Positions 50,717-63,734 of a stretch of DNA of 64,000 nucleotides are shown in pieces. A program made the translations under genes and the position numbers. Under the pieces are notes generated by a model. It saw only the letters and a program-made list of their open reading frames with translations. It was not told the origin of the DNA and did not search any database. The stretch lies in assembly GCF_003704095.1 (NCBI RefSeq), contig NW_020846475.1:434001-498000 (forward strand), read 5' to 3'. The stretch is from Pocillopora damicornis (lineage: Eukaryota). Position 1 is the stretch's first letter; every line of letters begins with the position of its first letter.

Positions 50717-53012
50717 GAGTCCAGAAGTGTTCACTAGTGTCCGAAATAAAAAATCGGACACTAATGTTTCGAATAAAAAAATCAGACACTAATGTCCGAA
50801 ATCGGAGATGTCTAAAATCAAAATTCATTCCCACCCTAGTATACTTCGAACCTTGCTTGTTTCCCAAATTTGGCGGCATTCTTGGGCATACGTCAAACGA
50901 TAATGAATGCCCTCTCTTCGAAGTTGATTGAGTGTGTACCGGGCGCGAATGTCGCACTAAGAAGATAATCCGAAAAAAAGACAATAAGAAGCACCGGGAA
51001 ACATAGGGTCAAAATTGGGTCAAGAGAGGAATTCTGTTGCTACTTATCATCACTCACTCATTCCCGTAACATAGTGGCATCGCCGCCTATGTATGGGAGG
51101 AGGTAGCCAAGTAACTACTGCACTTAATTCCAGACTAGAAGAGGTGAATTAATGTGTCTGAATATATGATGTTCATGTCATGTTTCTTTTCGACGCCATT
51201 TTGTTGCCTAAGAAATCGACGCAATCTTTTCTTCTGATTCCGCTGTGCCTAGTCCGGAGTGCCCACGAACAACTTAGTAGAGCGATAACCTTCTTAATAT
51301 ATAATATTTTTCCATTCCTTGAAAATAATTCGATGATGTTTCCTTCATTTTCACTCGGTAAAGAACTCAACAAATGACCTCCAATAACTATAAATAACTA
51401 CCGGAACGATACATGGTCTGCGCATGCGTAATGCATTGAAACTTGTTCTGCAGCAACTAATATATATTTAGTTGCTGAGGTTGGTCGGGACGGAATGGAG
51501 AGTGTTTGGCCTGATGTCATGACGTAGAGACCGAGCGCGCTCGGTCTGTACGTCATGACCTTGAGCCACGGAGGTCATCAACCTCAAATAGGACGCAATA
51601 GCCGGACCCACGGGACAAACACTAAAAACACTAACAATTAAAACTTTTCCATTGTTTTTTCTAGTCAGAACAAAAAACCTCACAATTCATCGAAAAACGC
51701 GAAATATTTAATATTTAATTTTTTTCTTTGCAACAAAGCCGTCGTAGTGCGAAACCAGACAGCTTTCTACGGACTGGCGCGGCTCACGTCAGACTCAAGT
51801 CGACCGGTCCAGCCCTTCATTCTAAGATTGCGTGTGCGGTGCCGGACGGGTCATATGATCGATAATGCATGTTCAGTTGAAAAGTCGGTAGATAATTTAG
51901 AGATAGCTTCCCAGAGTACATAGAGTCATAGAGTACGTCCGAAAAAGAAATGACAATTTTACCTGGTGATCTATTGATAAAATAATCACTGAACTTGGTT
52001 AGCACACAATATCGTCTTGATTTGTCAGAGACGAGCAGATCGTTTAATTTCTCGAGTCTCGCCACAGGCTCGCCACGGACAAATATTACTCAACCTGATC
52101 TTATTATTACCATTAATAAGTTGTGAAACCAAAAGCGAGCAAGTACACGTTTTATTTGACATCCAGTTGGTATCAAAAAACAATTACAGAGGAAGTGTCT
52201 TTCTTTGACTTGCATTGTTCAATTCAGTTTTTATAGGAAAGCAGATTATTACGTCGCGCATGAACGGAAAGTTCTTGCAACTTTCAAAAAGCTACCCATG
52301 ATTCCGTTACGTGCCGAACGTGTAGTGCTGCAAATTTGCGACACAAAGAAAATTTGATAATTACACGGCTTATGCAACAAGCTTTGTTCTCTTACAGCTT
52401 TGGAAGGATTACCTTCACGTGTAACCTGCGAAATTTACATTTATAACTAATGTTTTAATGATTTTTTCAAACAGCATTTAATTACTTATGAACGGCTCGG
52501 ACTTTTAGACGTATTTGAGAGTACACACTAGAGTGACATTGCCTCTTTGATTTCAATGGTCACTAAAGACACAAGAGTGATTTTCAAATGTGTTATTACT
52601 TCAATTGTCTGTCTCAAACTATACTGATTTTCTTATGAGACCTCGCCTACGTATCAAACTTGACAAATGAAGTCAACAATTTTTTTCTTACGACAAAGTT
52701 AGACCAGTTTGATGGTAAACGTACCAAGTCAAGTCAAAAGGCGTTTACCATATTCACGCTCTTTATCACAATAGTCTCCTAAAATTCAGTGATCTGACAT
52801 TAATCTTCTCTTGACTAAGATAGCTCAACACATCAAATGAACTTTTATTGTTCTGTTTACAATAAAGTCATCAAGTAGGCTATCATGAGAAGCTTCTTTG
52901 TTGTCGTTCTATTATCTCTTTCCTCATGGGATGACCTCGCATTACCTCACCGCTTGTTGCAGACGAGCAAAAGTCATGCAGATATTGTATAAGAGAGTGA
53001 GTTTGTCCGACC

Positions 53013-54386
53013 ATGATCAGCTCACAAAAAGTGCGGGCTATGTTCAATTTTAAAATGGAACCCCGATGGACTTCCGAGATTGGGCAGATAATGCAGACGA
53101 ATGCTAAAGAAGAGAAAAAACTCAAGCTACAGATTAACAGGATAAATAGCGCAAAGAGAGTGCAACTGGATAAAATTGATCAAGAGATGATGACACTGCG
53201 TAAGCAGTTACTCGATGATCGTAAAATTCTCGGTACTCGAAGCGATATCAAAAAACGCGACGAGAAAAACGGAGATGAGGAAGGTCAGAAGGTTAAAATT
53301 GTGGAGCCAACCTTTGCGGGATTCCAGAAACCCGATGCTATAGACCGAAATGGTTTTAAAACTTTTCAAGAACGCTCGCGTCAAAGAGCTATTGAGCAAC
53401 AGGAATCTAGACCCACTCCAAGTAGAATGAGGGCCACTGAAAAAGATGGAAATAATAATTTCAGGAGAAAAATGTCTGATTTGGGAATGCTACCACCATC
53501 GTGTTCAACTCCGTCGATTCGGGGCGGTCGTCGCCACTCCATAGCAGAGATCAATTTGAATGATACACTTCTGAGTAAAATTTGCGCACAGACAAATACC
53601 AGCAGTTCGCCCATCAAAAAAGGTGCGTCTGGAGCGCTTATGACAGGAGCAGACGTTAAAATCGATCATCCTCGTTTGCGTCAAAGAAGAGGAAGCCTTC
53701 CCCCCACTATGACGTACGAAAGGGACCACTCCATGGACTTGCCTAAAATAAAAAATATGAAATTTCAACCTGAGCGAGGCAGCAAATTGGAGAGTGAAAA
53801 AGAGAGCAAAATGATGAGTCATATGGATATGAAATTAGCAAACTTTAGCAGAAGAAGGAGAAATTCTCTACCAAACTTCCACATTTTACCCCCGAATAGA
53901 GATTCAATGGCTTGCAAAGAGCGTTTAACAGCTAAACTGATGCACACTAAGCCAAAACCAAGGAGTGCAGTTAGCAGAAATGTTACATCACCGACTAAAT
54001 CGTCCATTTTTGGGAGAAAGTTCAAGAAGAACCCAACGCCCGTCACTGAAAAATCTGATGAAGGAAAATCTGAAAATGAACAAAGTGATGAAGACGATGA
54101 AAGCTTATCGTTGGACCGGCCATCGCTTGCAGAGGCAAATGAACCTGGCCCAGATAAACCACTTTCATGTGAACAAGAGCTTAGCTTTATCCCAAAAGCC
54201 ACACTGAAAGAAAAGATGGATAAGTTTTTCCTTGAATGGGTGGATGAACCGGAAGAGGAACCAAGGATTGACATAGAAGAACTTTTGCAAGAGTTTCGAA
54301 AAGAGAAAGAGGAGAAACAACAACAAAAGTCAACTGATGCTGAAAAAGATTTAGAGATAAGATGTATTGAAAAAGATTTGTCGTAA
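53013..54386 (+). CDS. Uncharacterised 457-aa protein in one coding exon: N-terminal coiled coil, disordered basic/Ser-rich middle, acidic C-terminus
   Basis: A 1374-nt uninterrupted ORF in AT-rich DNA. Plausible splice acceptor just upstream (ctcac...ttgcag, ~52961) and AATAAA near 54879. No domain recognised. Confidence 0.8.
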   Translation: MISSQKVRAMFNFKMEPRWTSEIGQIMQTNAKEEKKLKLQINRINSAKRVQLDKIDQEMMTLRKQLLDDRKILGTRSDIKKRDEKNGDEEGQKVKIVEPTFAGFQKPDAIDRNGFKTFQERSRQRAIEQQESRPTPSRMRATEKDGNNNFRRKMSDLGMLPPSCSTPSIRGGRRHSIAEINLNDTLLSKICAQTNTSSSPIKKGASGALMTGADVKIDHPRLRQRRGSLPPTMTYERDHSMDLPKIKNMKFQPERGSKLESEKESKMMSHMDMKLANFSRRRRNSLPNFHILPPNRDSMACKERLTAKLMHTKPKPRSAVSRNVTSPTKSSIFGRKFKKNPTPVTEKSDEGKSENEQSDEDDESLSLDRPSLAEANEPGPDKPLSCEQELSFIPKATLKEKMDKFFLEWVDEPEEEPRIDIEELLQEFRKEKEEKQQQKSTDAEKDLEIRCIEKDLS

Positions 54387-56235
54387 TGTTCAGGACTGGA
54401 AAGTTTTCCCGTGGAAGAAGAGAAGTGAAGTAAAAACAACTTTATCGTTTGCTTTTACCTAAGTATACACAGAAAGACAGTAGATTAGACTTCTTAACGG
54501 CAAAAGGTCTGAAGTCGCAAATTAAACTTTCAGTACATAAAAAGTGGTTATAGAGAAAGTGTGGTATCGGTTTTTGGAAAGACTTAGTGTCTTGCCAGGA
54601 AAGAGATGTGTTTCTTCATCCGAAACTAGGCTTTGATCGTTTCTTGTTTTGCCGGTTGTATATAAAATTTGGGTGATAATGTGAAATCAAAACCTAATAG
54701 AAATAACGCCATAAATACAGAAACTACAGACAAATTGCTGATGATTTAAGATCCTCTGCTTCGTGATATCGTTCGATTGAAAAAGATTTTCATTGTATAC
54801 AAGCTGTAAATTGCTGATATATATATAAGTATCTATACATTACTTTATCTTTAATGAAAAATCATTTAAACAAACAGAAATAAAACTTGTTGTATAACAC
54901 GAAGATCTTTGCTTGTTTTCTATATTATCACCATTAATTAGCGCTCGCAGAGAAAATGAAAATGAATATTAATTGCAATTAACGAGATCAAGTGCTAAAT
55001 TCCAGGTTTAACGGGTAGGGTCTGTGTAAATAGCACAAATATTGATCTACCCCCCAGCCGAGAACTGCATGATATATTATAAATATTGGACGTGACCGAC
55101 AACTTTTTGAACAAAAGATGAAAAGATTTTTGCCGATGAAGCGGATTAGAAGAAGCCGCGAAAATGCAGAACAAAAGCTTTATTATTAAAAACGTACTTG
55201 ATGGGAAAAAGAACTTTGGTAAATTGGAAAACATTTTTGTCCGATTTCTTTATATTCCCGTGAAAAAATGAAATCAATTCGGGCACTTTTTTTCATCTGA
55301 ACATAAGAGAAAATTATAAAACACTACCGGCCAATAATCCTACCTGCAAATTAAAGGCAGATTAGTTTAATTCCAATGGTCTGTCGAAAGATGCCTAGAA
55401 AGCCAATATCAGAAAGGAAACTTCAAATTACGAAACCTGGCGCTCACTTTGATTCGATCTTATCCACTGAATCATCCACCTCGATTTTACGCACCAAACT
55501 AAGGGCAGACAAATCGCTTTTTATTACTCTATGAAATAATAATTAGAATTAACTCTCCAGTAATTTCGAAAGCAAGAAAAGATGGGGGAGCCTCCGACCG
55601 GACAGAGATCTGTGGAAGGGAGGGGTCGGACAGGCAAGGTTTTTACCAGGCGTGCGCCAAAGATCACCTCAGATCCCCAGCCAACAGATCTTAGAGCATG
55701 ATTTTGGTAAATAATCTCCAACATAACTTCTTCACGTTTGTGCGAGTGTATGTTTCATTTCCTTTTTACTCTTGTTAAGTCGGAAACTTTAAAAAAAGAC
55801 GCTTTCTTTTCAACATGAGAAACGTCATTATAGGGCTCCCCTCCCCCTCTCTTACTGTATATTGAAGATGCTGGGTATCATTAGATAATAACCATGGCTA
55901 TTTTTATTACTGGAATTAACTGGTGCCTTTTTTAGGAGCTCCCTTGAGGGTTATGTCTAAATTAAACGTCTCAGGGTTAATATAAATAACTTCATTATAT
56001 AACGTATGGTACACACGTGCAACAGAATGTGAAGAGTTAAAGGGGCGTGCAGTTTACGAAATTTGGGAAACTTCGTAAATATGCTCATAAACCACCATTG
56101 ACTTCGTATTCTTTGATTGTGTCGCTTTTGAACGAAAACGGAGACATTATCTTATATTTGTGATTTTTCAACAATCTTTACTCACTTCATCACACAAAAT
56201 GTTAATACAACGCTATATATATATGTATATATATA

Positions 56236-56720
56236 TTTTTTTGATTCCATACTAAACGTGTAAGGAGCACTGGTACCCAAAAAACCACGGGGTTTAAGAA
56301 TCTGAGTGCCATTTTGCATTTATACATAAATACACACACGCATACAAACAAAGTATTATTGAGTAGAAATTGCAAAAAACAGGATGATTATCTCCAAATC
56401 CTATACTTAATAATTATGTATAAAATTATGTTTAAGTTTCAATTTTGAAATGAAGAGAGAAGAATCCTTGATAATATTTGTGAAGGGTATTCCATATTTT
56501 TGGTCCTTTATATCGGATATTTACAATTCCATAGTTAATTCTGGCTTAGTTTGTATCATAACTATCAAAACGTTGAACAATTTTGAAGTAAGACATGAAA
56601 GCAGAAGGCAGTAGACTATTATGATATTTGTACAAGCAAATTGAAATGTAAAAAGGAACAAGGTTAGGAAATTTTCATATTTCCCAGATCTTTAATTAAT
56701 AGACTTGATGGATATTAAAA
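56236..56720 (-). mobile_element. 3' fragment of a LINE (L2/Crack/CR1-like ORF2 end plus 3' UTR), frameshifted
   Basis: The minus strand encodes YKYHNSLLPSAFMSYF and RINYGIVNIRYKGPKIWN, typical of the post-RT C-terminus of these LINEs, followed by a 3' UTR ending in an A/TA-rich tail near 56215-56242. Confidence 0.7.
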
Positions 56721-58854
56721 TGCTGAAAACGTGATGATAGGTTCTTCCCTTTCGTTGAATGTGCTCCATAAAATGTTTCGGAAAGCGACCAATGGCTAAA
56801 GGTTGCGATGATTCATCTTAGCAGAAATCATTAAGAGGAAAATTTTCTTGTCTCTCTATTTGTAATCAGTTCTGTCGAGTCAATAAGTTTAACACCACGA
56901 GGAAGCAAGCCAATTTTTCCCAACACTATCATTGCTGAATTAAACGTTAAGCGTTTTGGGAATATCAACAATCACGCGCGATTTGAACTGTTTCCTTCCT
57001 TTATTCCCACAATTTTCTTCAAGTATCTATGGGTTTATTCGATCGCAATGTTCTAGCATCAGTCCAGTATCTGCCACACTCAAACTATCCCTTATCTAAG
57101 CCTACATTTCGTAATTACAATCCTGACGGTTATTATGTATAGGATTATAAATTGTTTAACTATCAGTGATAATTATCATGTCCATCAGCACCACAGTATC
57201 GACTCCCCTAACGTTTTTCTGGTTAACTTACTCTCGCACAAATATAAATATGAAAAAAAACTTTTAAAGAGAATTACAGGATAGCTTAGTATTTGTAACA
57301 GTTTGGAGCAGACAAGTAAATGCTTATTTCGTTAAGTTTAAAAATCTTTCAATGCTACTATTTCTAACTAGAGTTTATTAAGAATTAATCCTTTAAAGCA
57401 GATGCTTTTTTGGGAGCGAATAACTCTCCCAGGAGAGGTTTTTTATATTGTACTTTTAGAATATATAAAAATAGCGATACTGGTAGATTTGTCAAAATCG
57501 CACAAAATGAACACCCTTTGAAATGTACCTTATTACTATAAAATATTTCATGAATTGATCTGAAATAAAGCTCTTGGCTTTCTTCTATAGAGAAGTTTGT
57601 TTGAATGGAGTTGGACTAAAAGAAAGTTATGAGTTTTCCTTTCAATGTGGCTTCCTTTGTTCGCCATTAATGAAAAATGAACCCATCCGTGACCACATGG
57701 TTAAACCAGGAGCACTGTTCACTAAATTATATCACAAAGAAGAATACTTTCAGACCAACTATATTGCGTATTGCTAAGTAAGGGTTTGCCTTATTTTGCG
57801 TTCTTGCTACTACATAATCGGGAATCGCCCTATGGGCATTCTCGCTGGTGGACGTGATTATCATTTGCACGCGCATCAGAAATTATATAACTAGAGCTAA
57901 TTATGACTAAACTTACAGACAAACCTCATCCTTTGAGGTGGATGTTTTTTGGCAGTTCCTAAGAGAGTTCATGCCCAATTCGAATTTCTTAGAATTGTCA
58001 AGCAATAGACGGACTCGGAAAGTTTGTAAATTACTCGCCTCTGGCTCGTGATTTACAAACATCTCTCGTGCTATCCCAACATCCCGTTTATTACTCAGGT
58101 TGTCTTCTACCTGCTTAAAGTGTTACAAACTCAGCTTTGACGTGGTTCAAAGTCATTCGAGCTGATAACCTTTCGTCTACTCATATAGTTAAGTTAGTCA
58201 ATGTTAAGCTTGCTTCTCAATTAGCTCTTTGAAATTCCGTCTTTCACCGCAAATGTAGCCTGAGATAAATTTACCTCACAAACTTAATTGCTCTCTGATC
58301 CTACGTTAACAAATCCGTCCCAGGTTTACAAGGACCCGGCTAGACGCCCGGCCAAGTATCGAACCCAGACCTCTAAACCCGGAGTTCGGCACACTAGCTA
58401 TCAGGCCCCCACGTCTCTCACACTTTACTCTCAAAACGAGGTTTATCTCATGTTCAATTTACAACTGGCCTTCTTTTATTGCCAACAGACGCACACCAAA
58501 ACCAAATAAACCTTTTGATGTATCAAATAATGACAGACCCTCGTGTTGGTTGGTACGCCAACTTTTTTTTTAAATTGATATAAGGACAGCCTCAAACGGG
58601 TTGATATAAGTAAGTTTTAATATGCCTATAGACAGGATTACTATACAAAGCAACTGTACAAACAAACGTAATATTTTATCCTCAGAAGAAAACATTTTCC
58701 GCCCAATGGTAAGCTTTATAATAAAACCTGCGATGCAAAACTGCAAAACAAAAACTAAATTAAACATTTCTTTGTCAAAAAGAGTCCTTTCCCATAATCT
58801 TCATACTTTAAAGCAATTCACAATAATTTCTTCCTCTTTTTCTCTTTTTACTCA

Positions 58855-61800
58855 TCATACAGCAGATTCCAAGGAATCTTTATTCACTTCAGCCGAATTC
58901 GTGTTTTTATTTGTTGACGTCACTTTCGCCACCGGGGCTGACGTCAAAGGCGGTGATGCTGTCTCTTTTTCATCACGTGATTGAACTCCTTCTGTTGTTT
59001 GCTGAGAACTTTCGACCCCATCTAGACTGGGTTCTGTTTTCTTAACTTCCGACTCACAGTTTCTAGAAACTGTATCCGTAACCTTCGATGTTAGCTCTGC
59101 TGGTTTTAACAGTTGTTTTGCGGGAGGAAGGTTACGTGCAGGAGTGGGAATTTTTTCCAACAATTTAGCCGACGAAGAGTCTGCTTTCGTCTCAGTACTA
59201 ATCTCTAATCTATCGTTCGATGTGAATTTTAACTCGGATTCTTGAAACTCCAAAGTTCTCTCCTCTGATTCATAGCTTTCGTCGGTATGAGTGTCTGATT
59301 CTGCATATACGGGTACCTCATAATCCACACACTTCGCTAAACCTCTTTGCGCCAAGAGAAACCCTATCGAAACTTCTTCGACGCATCCGTCATGTCTCTC
59401 TGTATGTTCGTATAACATCACACTGGCCGGTGGCCCATTGAACTAGAGGAAAAAAAGCGAGGGAACTTAAACTTTAGTCAAGAGCTTAAAAAAATGAAAA
59501 CTCGTCGTCATCCGTTAGGATTTTAACCACAACCATTTCCGAGTTTGTGGTTGGGTGCTCTACGTATTAGCCGCTGGTTGATTCATTGAAAAAGAGCTGG
59601 CCCAAATTTTAATTGCTCATGATCTCCTAACGACAACATATAAAAATGAGGTCAAAACATTAGAGATCACTCTCCACTTTTTGGCACTTTTCGCTCACGG
59701 AGAAAACACTTTGTCGTTTCATTCATGTGAAAGTTAATCGGTCGCAGAAAACGACTCTACTACCCTACTCACTAGAACTTTCGCGACAAGTTTCTTGCCG
59801 GCCACCAACTGAATGAGGGTCTCCATAGAGCTCACTGGCCAGCAGGTATCATCCATCATTGGTCCATCTGTTGTGTCTGGTGGCCTGATATCGGCAAGAA
59901 AACATCGTGTGGCTTGGACTGGTAAATCTAGTAACTCTGATGGAAAGCCTCGCAACCTGGAACAGAACAAGAATAGGAAAGGACATTGACTCCGCGGTTA
60001 CATTATGTACGATATGGGTTCTTCCACCTGTTTTCACTTGGAGAAAGGGGGAGGGGAGGGGGGGGGGGCCAGCGCCTTGGATTCTGGATCTAGAGATCGT
60101 GGTTCGAACACGGGTATCTCCTTGAATATTTCCGCCTACCATGCCTCTGCCCACTCAAGAGTGTACTTTAGCACTTCTGAGGGAACAAATTTTTGAGGGG
60201 AGGGGTGGGAGAAATTCCATCCCCAATGTCATTTCATCGCCACTTACCAAAGTCACGTTACTAAGAAACAGCCATGCCTTAAATTGCGGGCTCACTAACT
60301 CTTAAAATGCAATTTACACGTGTTAGAATTGGCTCCCGTCTTTCAATGCCGACTGCTGGTCATTTAAAATCTATGAAACAAACTAAGTACTCTAACCTGT
60401 CCGCCTTAAGTACTTCAGTTGTACCATAATCCACGTATAGCGCTTTGACCTCTAGAGGTCTCTGATGTTCAACTGATTGAATCTGAGCTCTGTACCACAT
60501 GTCATCTTCAGTGTAGCGTGCACAGCACAACATTCCTGCAGTTAGAAATTTCCTAGTTAGTCTCTATCCCCTTTGGTTCCTCTCCTATTTCAGTAGAGGT
60601 TTTTTTTACAATTCTGTAGCAATTTTCTCAGAGATGTAGACGAATAACTAAGACAAAATTGGTCCACTATGCCAACAAATTTCAATGAATGGCAAAGCGT
60701 TGCAAGTTCTACGACATTTTAAACTTTTCTTTAACTCTCTTTTATTTCCCCATTTATGGTCCCTAATTTCTTGCAACATTATTTGGGAGAAAGGTGGCAC
60801 TTTCAAGTAACTTATAAGAGAGAGATAACAGGATTTCTATTTATTCTGCAGAGTGGAGGGTTCTCTTCTAAGAGTAGGCGTGTAATTTTGCCAATCACTG
60901 TCGAACAAGAAGCTTTGCTGGTTAAGATAACTTGATAAGGACATTTGTCTAGCTAGGAAATTTTCAGAGGTTACAAGACACTGTAGACTGTAAGTGGTTT
61001 GAGGATATTTTAATACAGTAAGTCTTTCTTTGGCCGTGTCATTGACGAGTAAAAAAAGATGAAACACAAAAAATCTGTTCGGGAATTGAGGACGACTCTA
61101 ATTTCTTTTGACTCAGATAATGGATGAAACGACAGGAAGGTGGATTGGAAAATCAAAGAAAGCATATACGCTCTGAACAACTTCTTTCTACATTTTCCTT
61201 GGCGACCGAGGATCTGGGAAACCGAAAAAGGCAGCTATGCTACGGTCAACTTTTTTCTCCTTTCACTTTGCTTTACGCTCCAATTAGTTTCAAAAAGCGA
61301 CGAAGCTTCGGACCAAAATGAGATATGATCTCACCTTCTTTGGCGGTCGCCAATGGAGTGTACTTCTTAAAATAATCTGGACTGTTTATCTTAGCCATAA
61401 TCTCCTCCAGCATACGAAGCTCTTCGGTTGCAACGTCCAGGGTAGGGTCAAGATCGTCAGCGTAGCCCTTGTCTATCTCAGTGGGTGGAACTCGCTGGAT
61501 AAACAGACAGTCAGGTCTCTCTATATGTGTGATAGTGACGTCAAACCGTATTCCATCCCCAGGGAGTTCCGACTGCACCAACACACATTCAGCCTCGCGG
61601 GAACTGATCATTTGAGCATGCGCTCTTTGGTGAAAACAAAACGCAAAGTAGTTTATCATGAAAACGTTAACTCACTTAATGGGTTTAGACAAATATGCCA
61701 GACAAACGTTTGTCACGAGGACTAAACGTTTAGAGGATTCAATGTTCAGCCAGTTCCAAGTTTCTACTCGGATGCTTAAAAGAAATTTTTAATCGAGTAC

Positions 61801-63734
61801 TGGTTTTGTATTATCTGTCTCTTATTTTTCGTCTAGCCGCCTTACGCCATCTTCCTCAACCAATCACATGTGAAACTAAACCACTCGTGACTTGTCACCC
61901 GCGTTTTCCTCGTGCTTCTTCCAGTTCGCCTATTTTTAACTTTGATCTCTTATTAGCCTTTGCTCTGATTGGCACTTATGATAACACTGTTTCTTGGTAT
62001 TTCGACAATCAATTGAAAAGTATTCTACCAAGTGAGCTCTTGAGCGTAGAACACGCTTGCGAGCTTGGCCTCAAACTAAGTTGATATGTAACCAGCATCC
62101 CGCAGCTGCACCCAAAGCATCTTCATAAGTGAAAAAGTACCAGTGATCTTGTGAGAGGTAGTAAATCACATTCTGCATAAGAATGGAAATTTCAAGTTTG
62201 CGAATGAAGTTTCAATAAGTGTTGATTCAAACGAACTGACCTGGTTTCAGTAACTGATCGCTTTGATATGAAAGGCTTGGCTTTCCGAGGCCCTGGCTTT
62301 CTCGGGTGGAACTGGGACGACTGTTCTTCATCGCCTGGCGTGGGAGATCTCTGAACCAGACCCCTGCTCAGCAGGCTCTGCGCCACATCAGAACCATCGG
62401 GAAGAGATAGGTTTACCACCAGAGGGTAGCCAGGCAGTTTGTCACCCTAGAAACGAGACTAAAAGTAAATAACTACAAAAATAACGCTAACAAATAACAA
62501 AGTTATTCGCGTTTCTCGGACAAGAAGCATAACTCTCTGTGCCTCCCTTCACCCCTGAGAAGTTACATATAAATCACCTCAGGCTGTTAAAGGGTTACTA
62601 CAACAGTTCTCACCCTGATTGTAGCCATACAGTCCTGCCCCACGACAGCCTGAGACAATGCCAGGATGGCTTCTGGTGGCCAATGCCCGTCACTAGTTTT
62701 CTGTAAAAGACGGAAAAGAAAAAAAAAAGCAGTTGTGATGAAGTAAATTGATAATTATCTCTGGAGTACTGGGCGAAGATCACTTATCAGACAAGCTATA
62801 CTTCTACCAGCTGGGTGTAGCCTGCAGTGAGGACGAGTTAACTTTATAAGCTCGCGATCGTTTATTCGACCGGCCATATTTGATTTCGACTTCGAGAAGA
62901 CAGTGGGGTAGGGGGTAGGGAAAGGCGAGATATAATTTATATCGCCCCATTCCTTTCCTTGTATTCCCCTTGGACCATCGCCCACCCCCTTGGTACAAAT
63001 TTCTTTCTCTCCCCAGCCTTCTACTGCTTTAAAATTAGCTATAATTTTCACCATGAAAATACTGAGCACTCGTTCGCCAAAATGACACCTACCCTGCAGG
63101 CTAGGCTGGGTGTACAATAATTCCTCTAAATTTTATAACAGTTTCCATTTCAGCTTACATACACTTCGTTAAGGGTTTTCTACAGTTATATTTCAATTTA
63201 ACGGCCACTTTCGTAAAAAATTTGGGAGTTATTTTCTTTCAAGTAGCTATGCATCAAAGCCAGGGCATATAGCTTTGCATAGATCACATGCTTCTGATCA
63301 AAGTCAATATGACAACCAGAGAACTACTCACAGGTTCAATTCCGCGCAAAACCAGCTGAAGACATTGGTTAGGAACCTCCATGAATGGCATCTCTTGCCT
63401 TATCGCAGACAGGGAAACAACTTCCGAATTTCCAAAGTCGACATAGCTCACCTGAGGAAATACAATCAAGTTCATTATCATTCTTGAATACATACAGAAG
63501 CACTTTTCTTACATAGTGCAAGACAAGGCGGTCTTTTATTACCTACCTCTACTTTATCCTTCTCTAATATTTTTATCACTGATGCACGGTACCACATACC
63601 ATCCTCTGCGAACTGAGCAACGCATGGGAGGCCTGGGAACAATGACGTTACATCGGAAGGTGCTCCTGATTGATCCTCGCTTTTGCCGTATCTCTCTAGC
63701 AAGGTTCCCATGATGTTTATCAAAGTACGGTCAC
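58855..63734 (-). CDS. Multi-Tudor protein, RNF17/TDRD4-like, 3' part (continues beyond the window)
   Basis: Exons 63547-63734 (PCVAQFAEDGMWYRASV), ~63332-63451 (VSYVDFGNSE), ~62614-62700, ~62241-62446, ~61335-61625, ~60397-60536 (CCARYTEDDMWYRAQI...LYVDYGTTE), ~59772-59956 (LADIRPP...WPVSSMETLIQLVAGKKL), 58855-~59442. Two extended Tudor domains; the last resembles the C-terminal Tudor of RNF17. Confidence 0.85.
62818..63103. mobile_element. Non-autonomous DNA transposon with TAGCCTGCAG TIRs and a 9-bp target-site duplication
   Basis: TIRs TAGCCTGCAG...CTGCAGGCTA; flanks agctgggtg (62809-62817) and ggctgggtg (63104-63112), 8/9 identical. Confidence 0.82.

Noticed and set aside
53819-54439. 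206-aa antisense ORF
   Set aside because: Ser/Phe-rich mirror of the Glu/Lys-rich sense ORF; the same applies to 2216-2542, 36875-37198 and 42154-42645.
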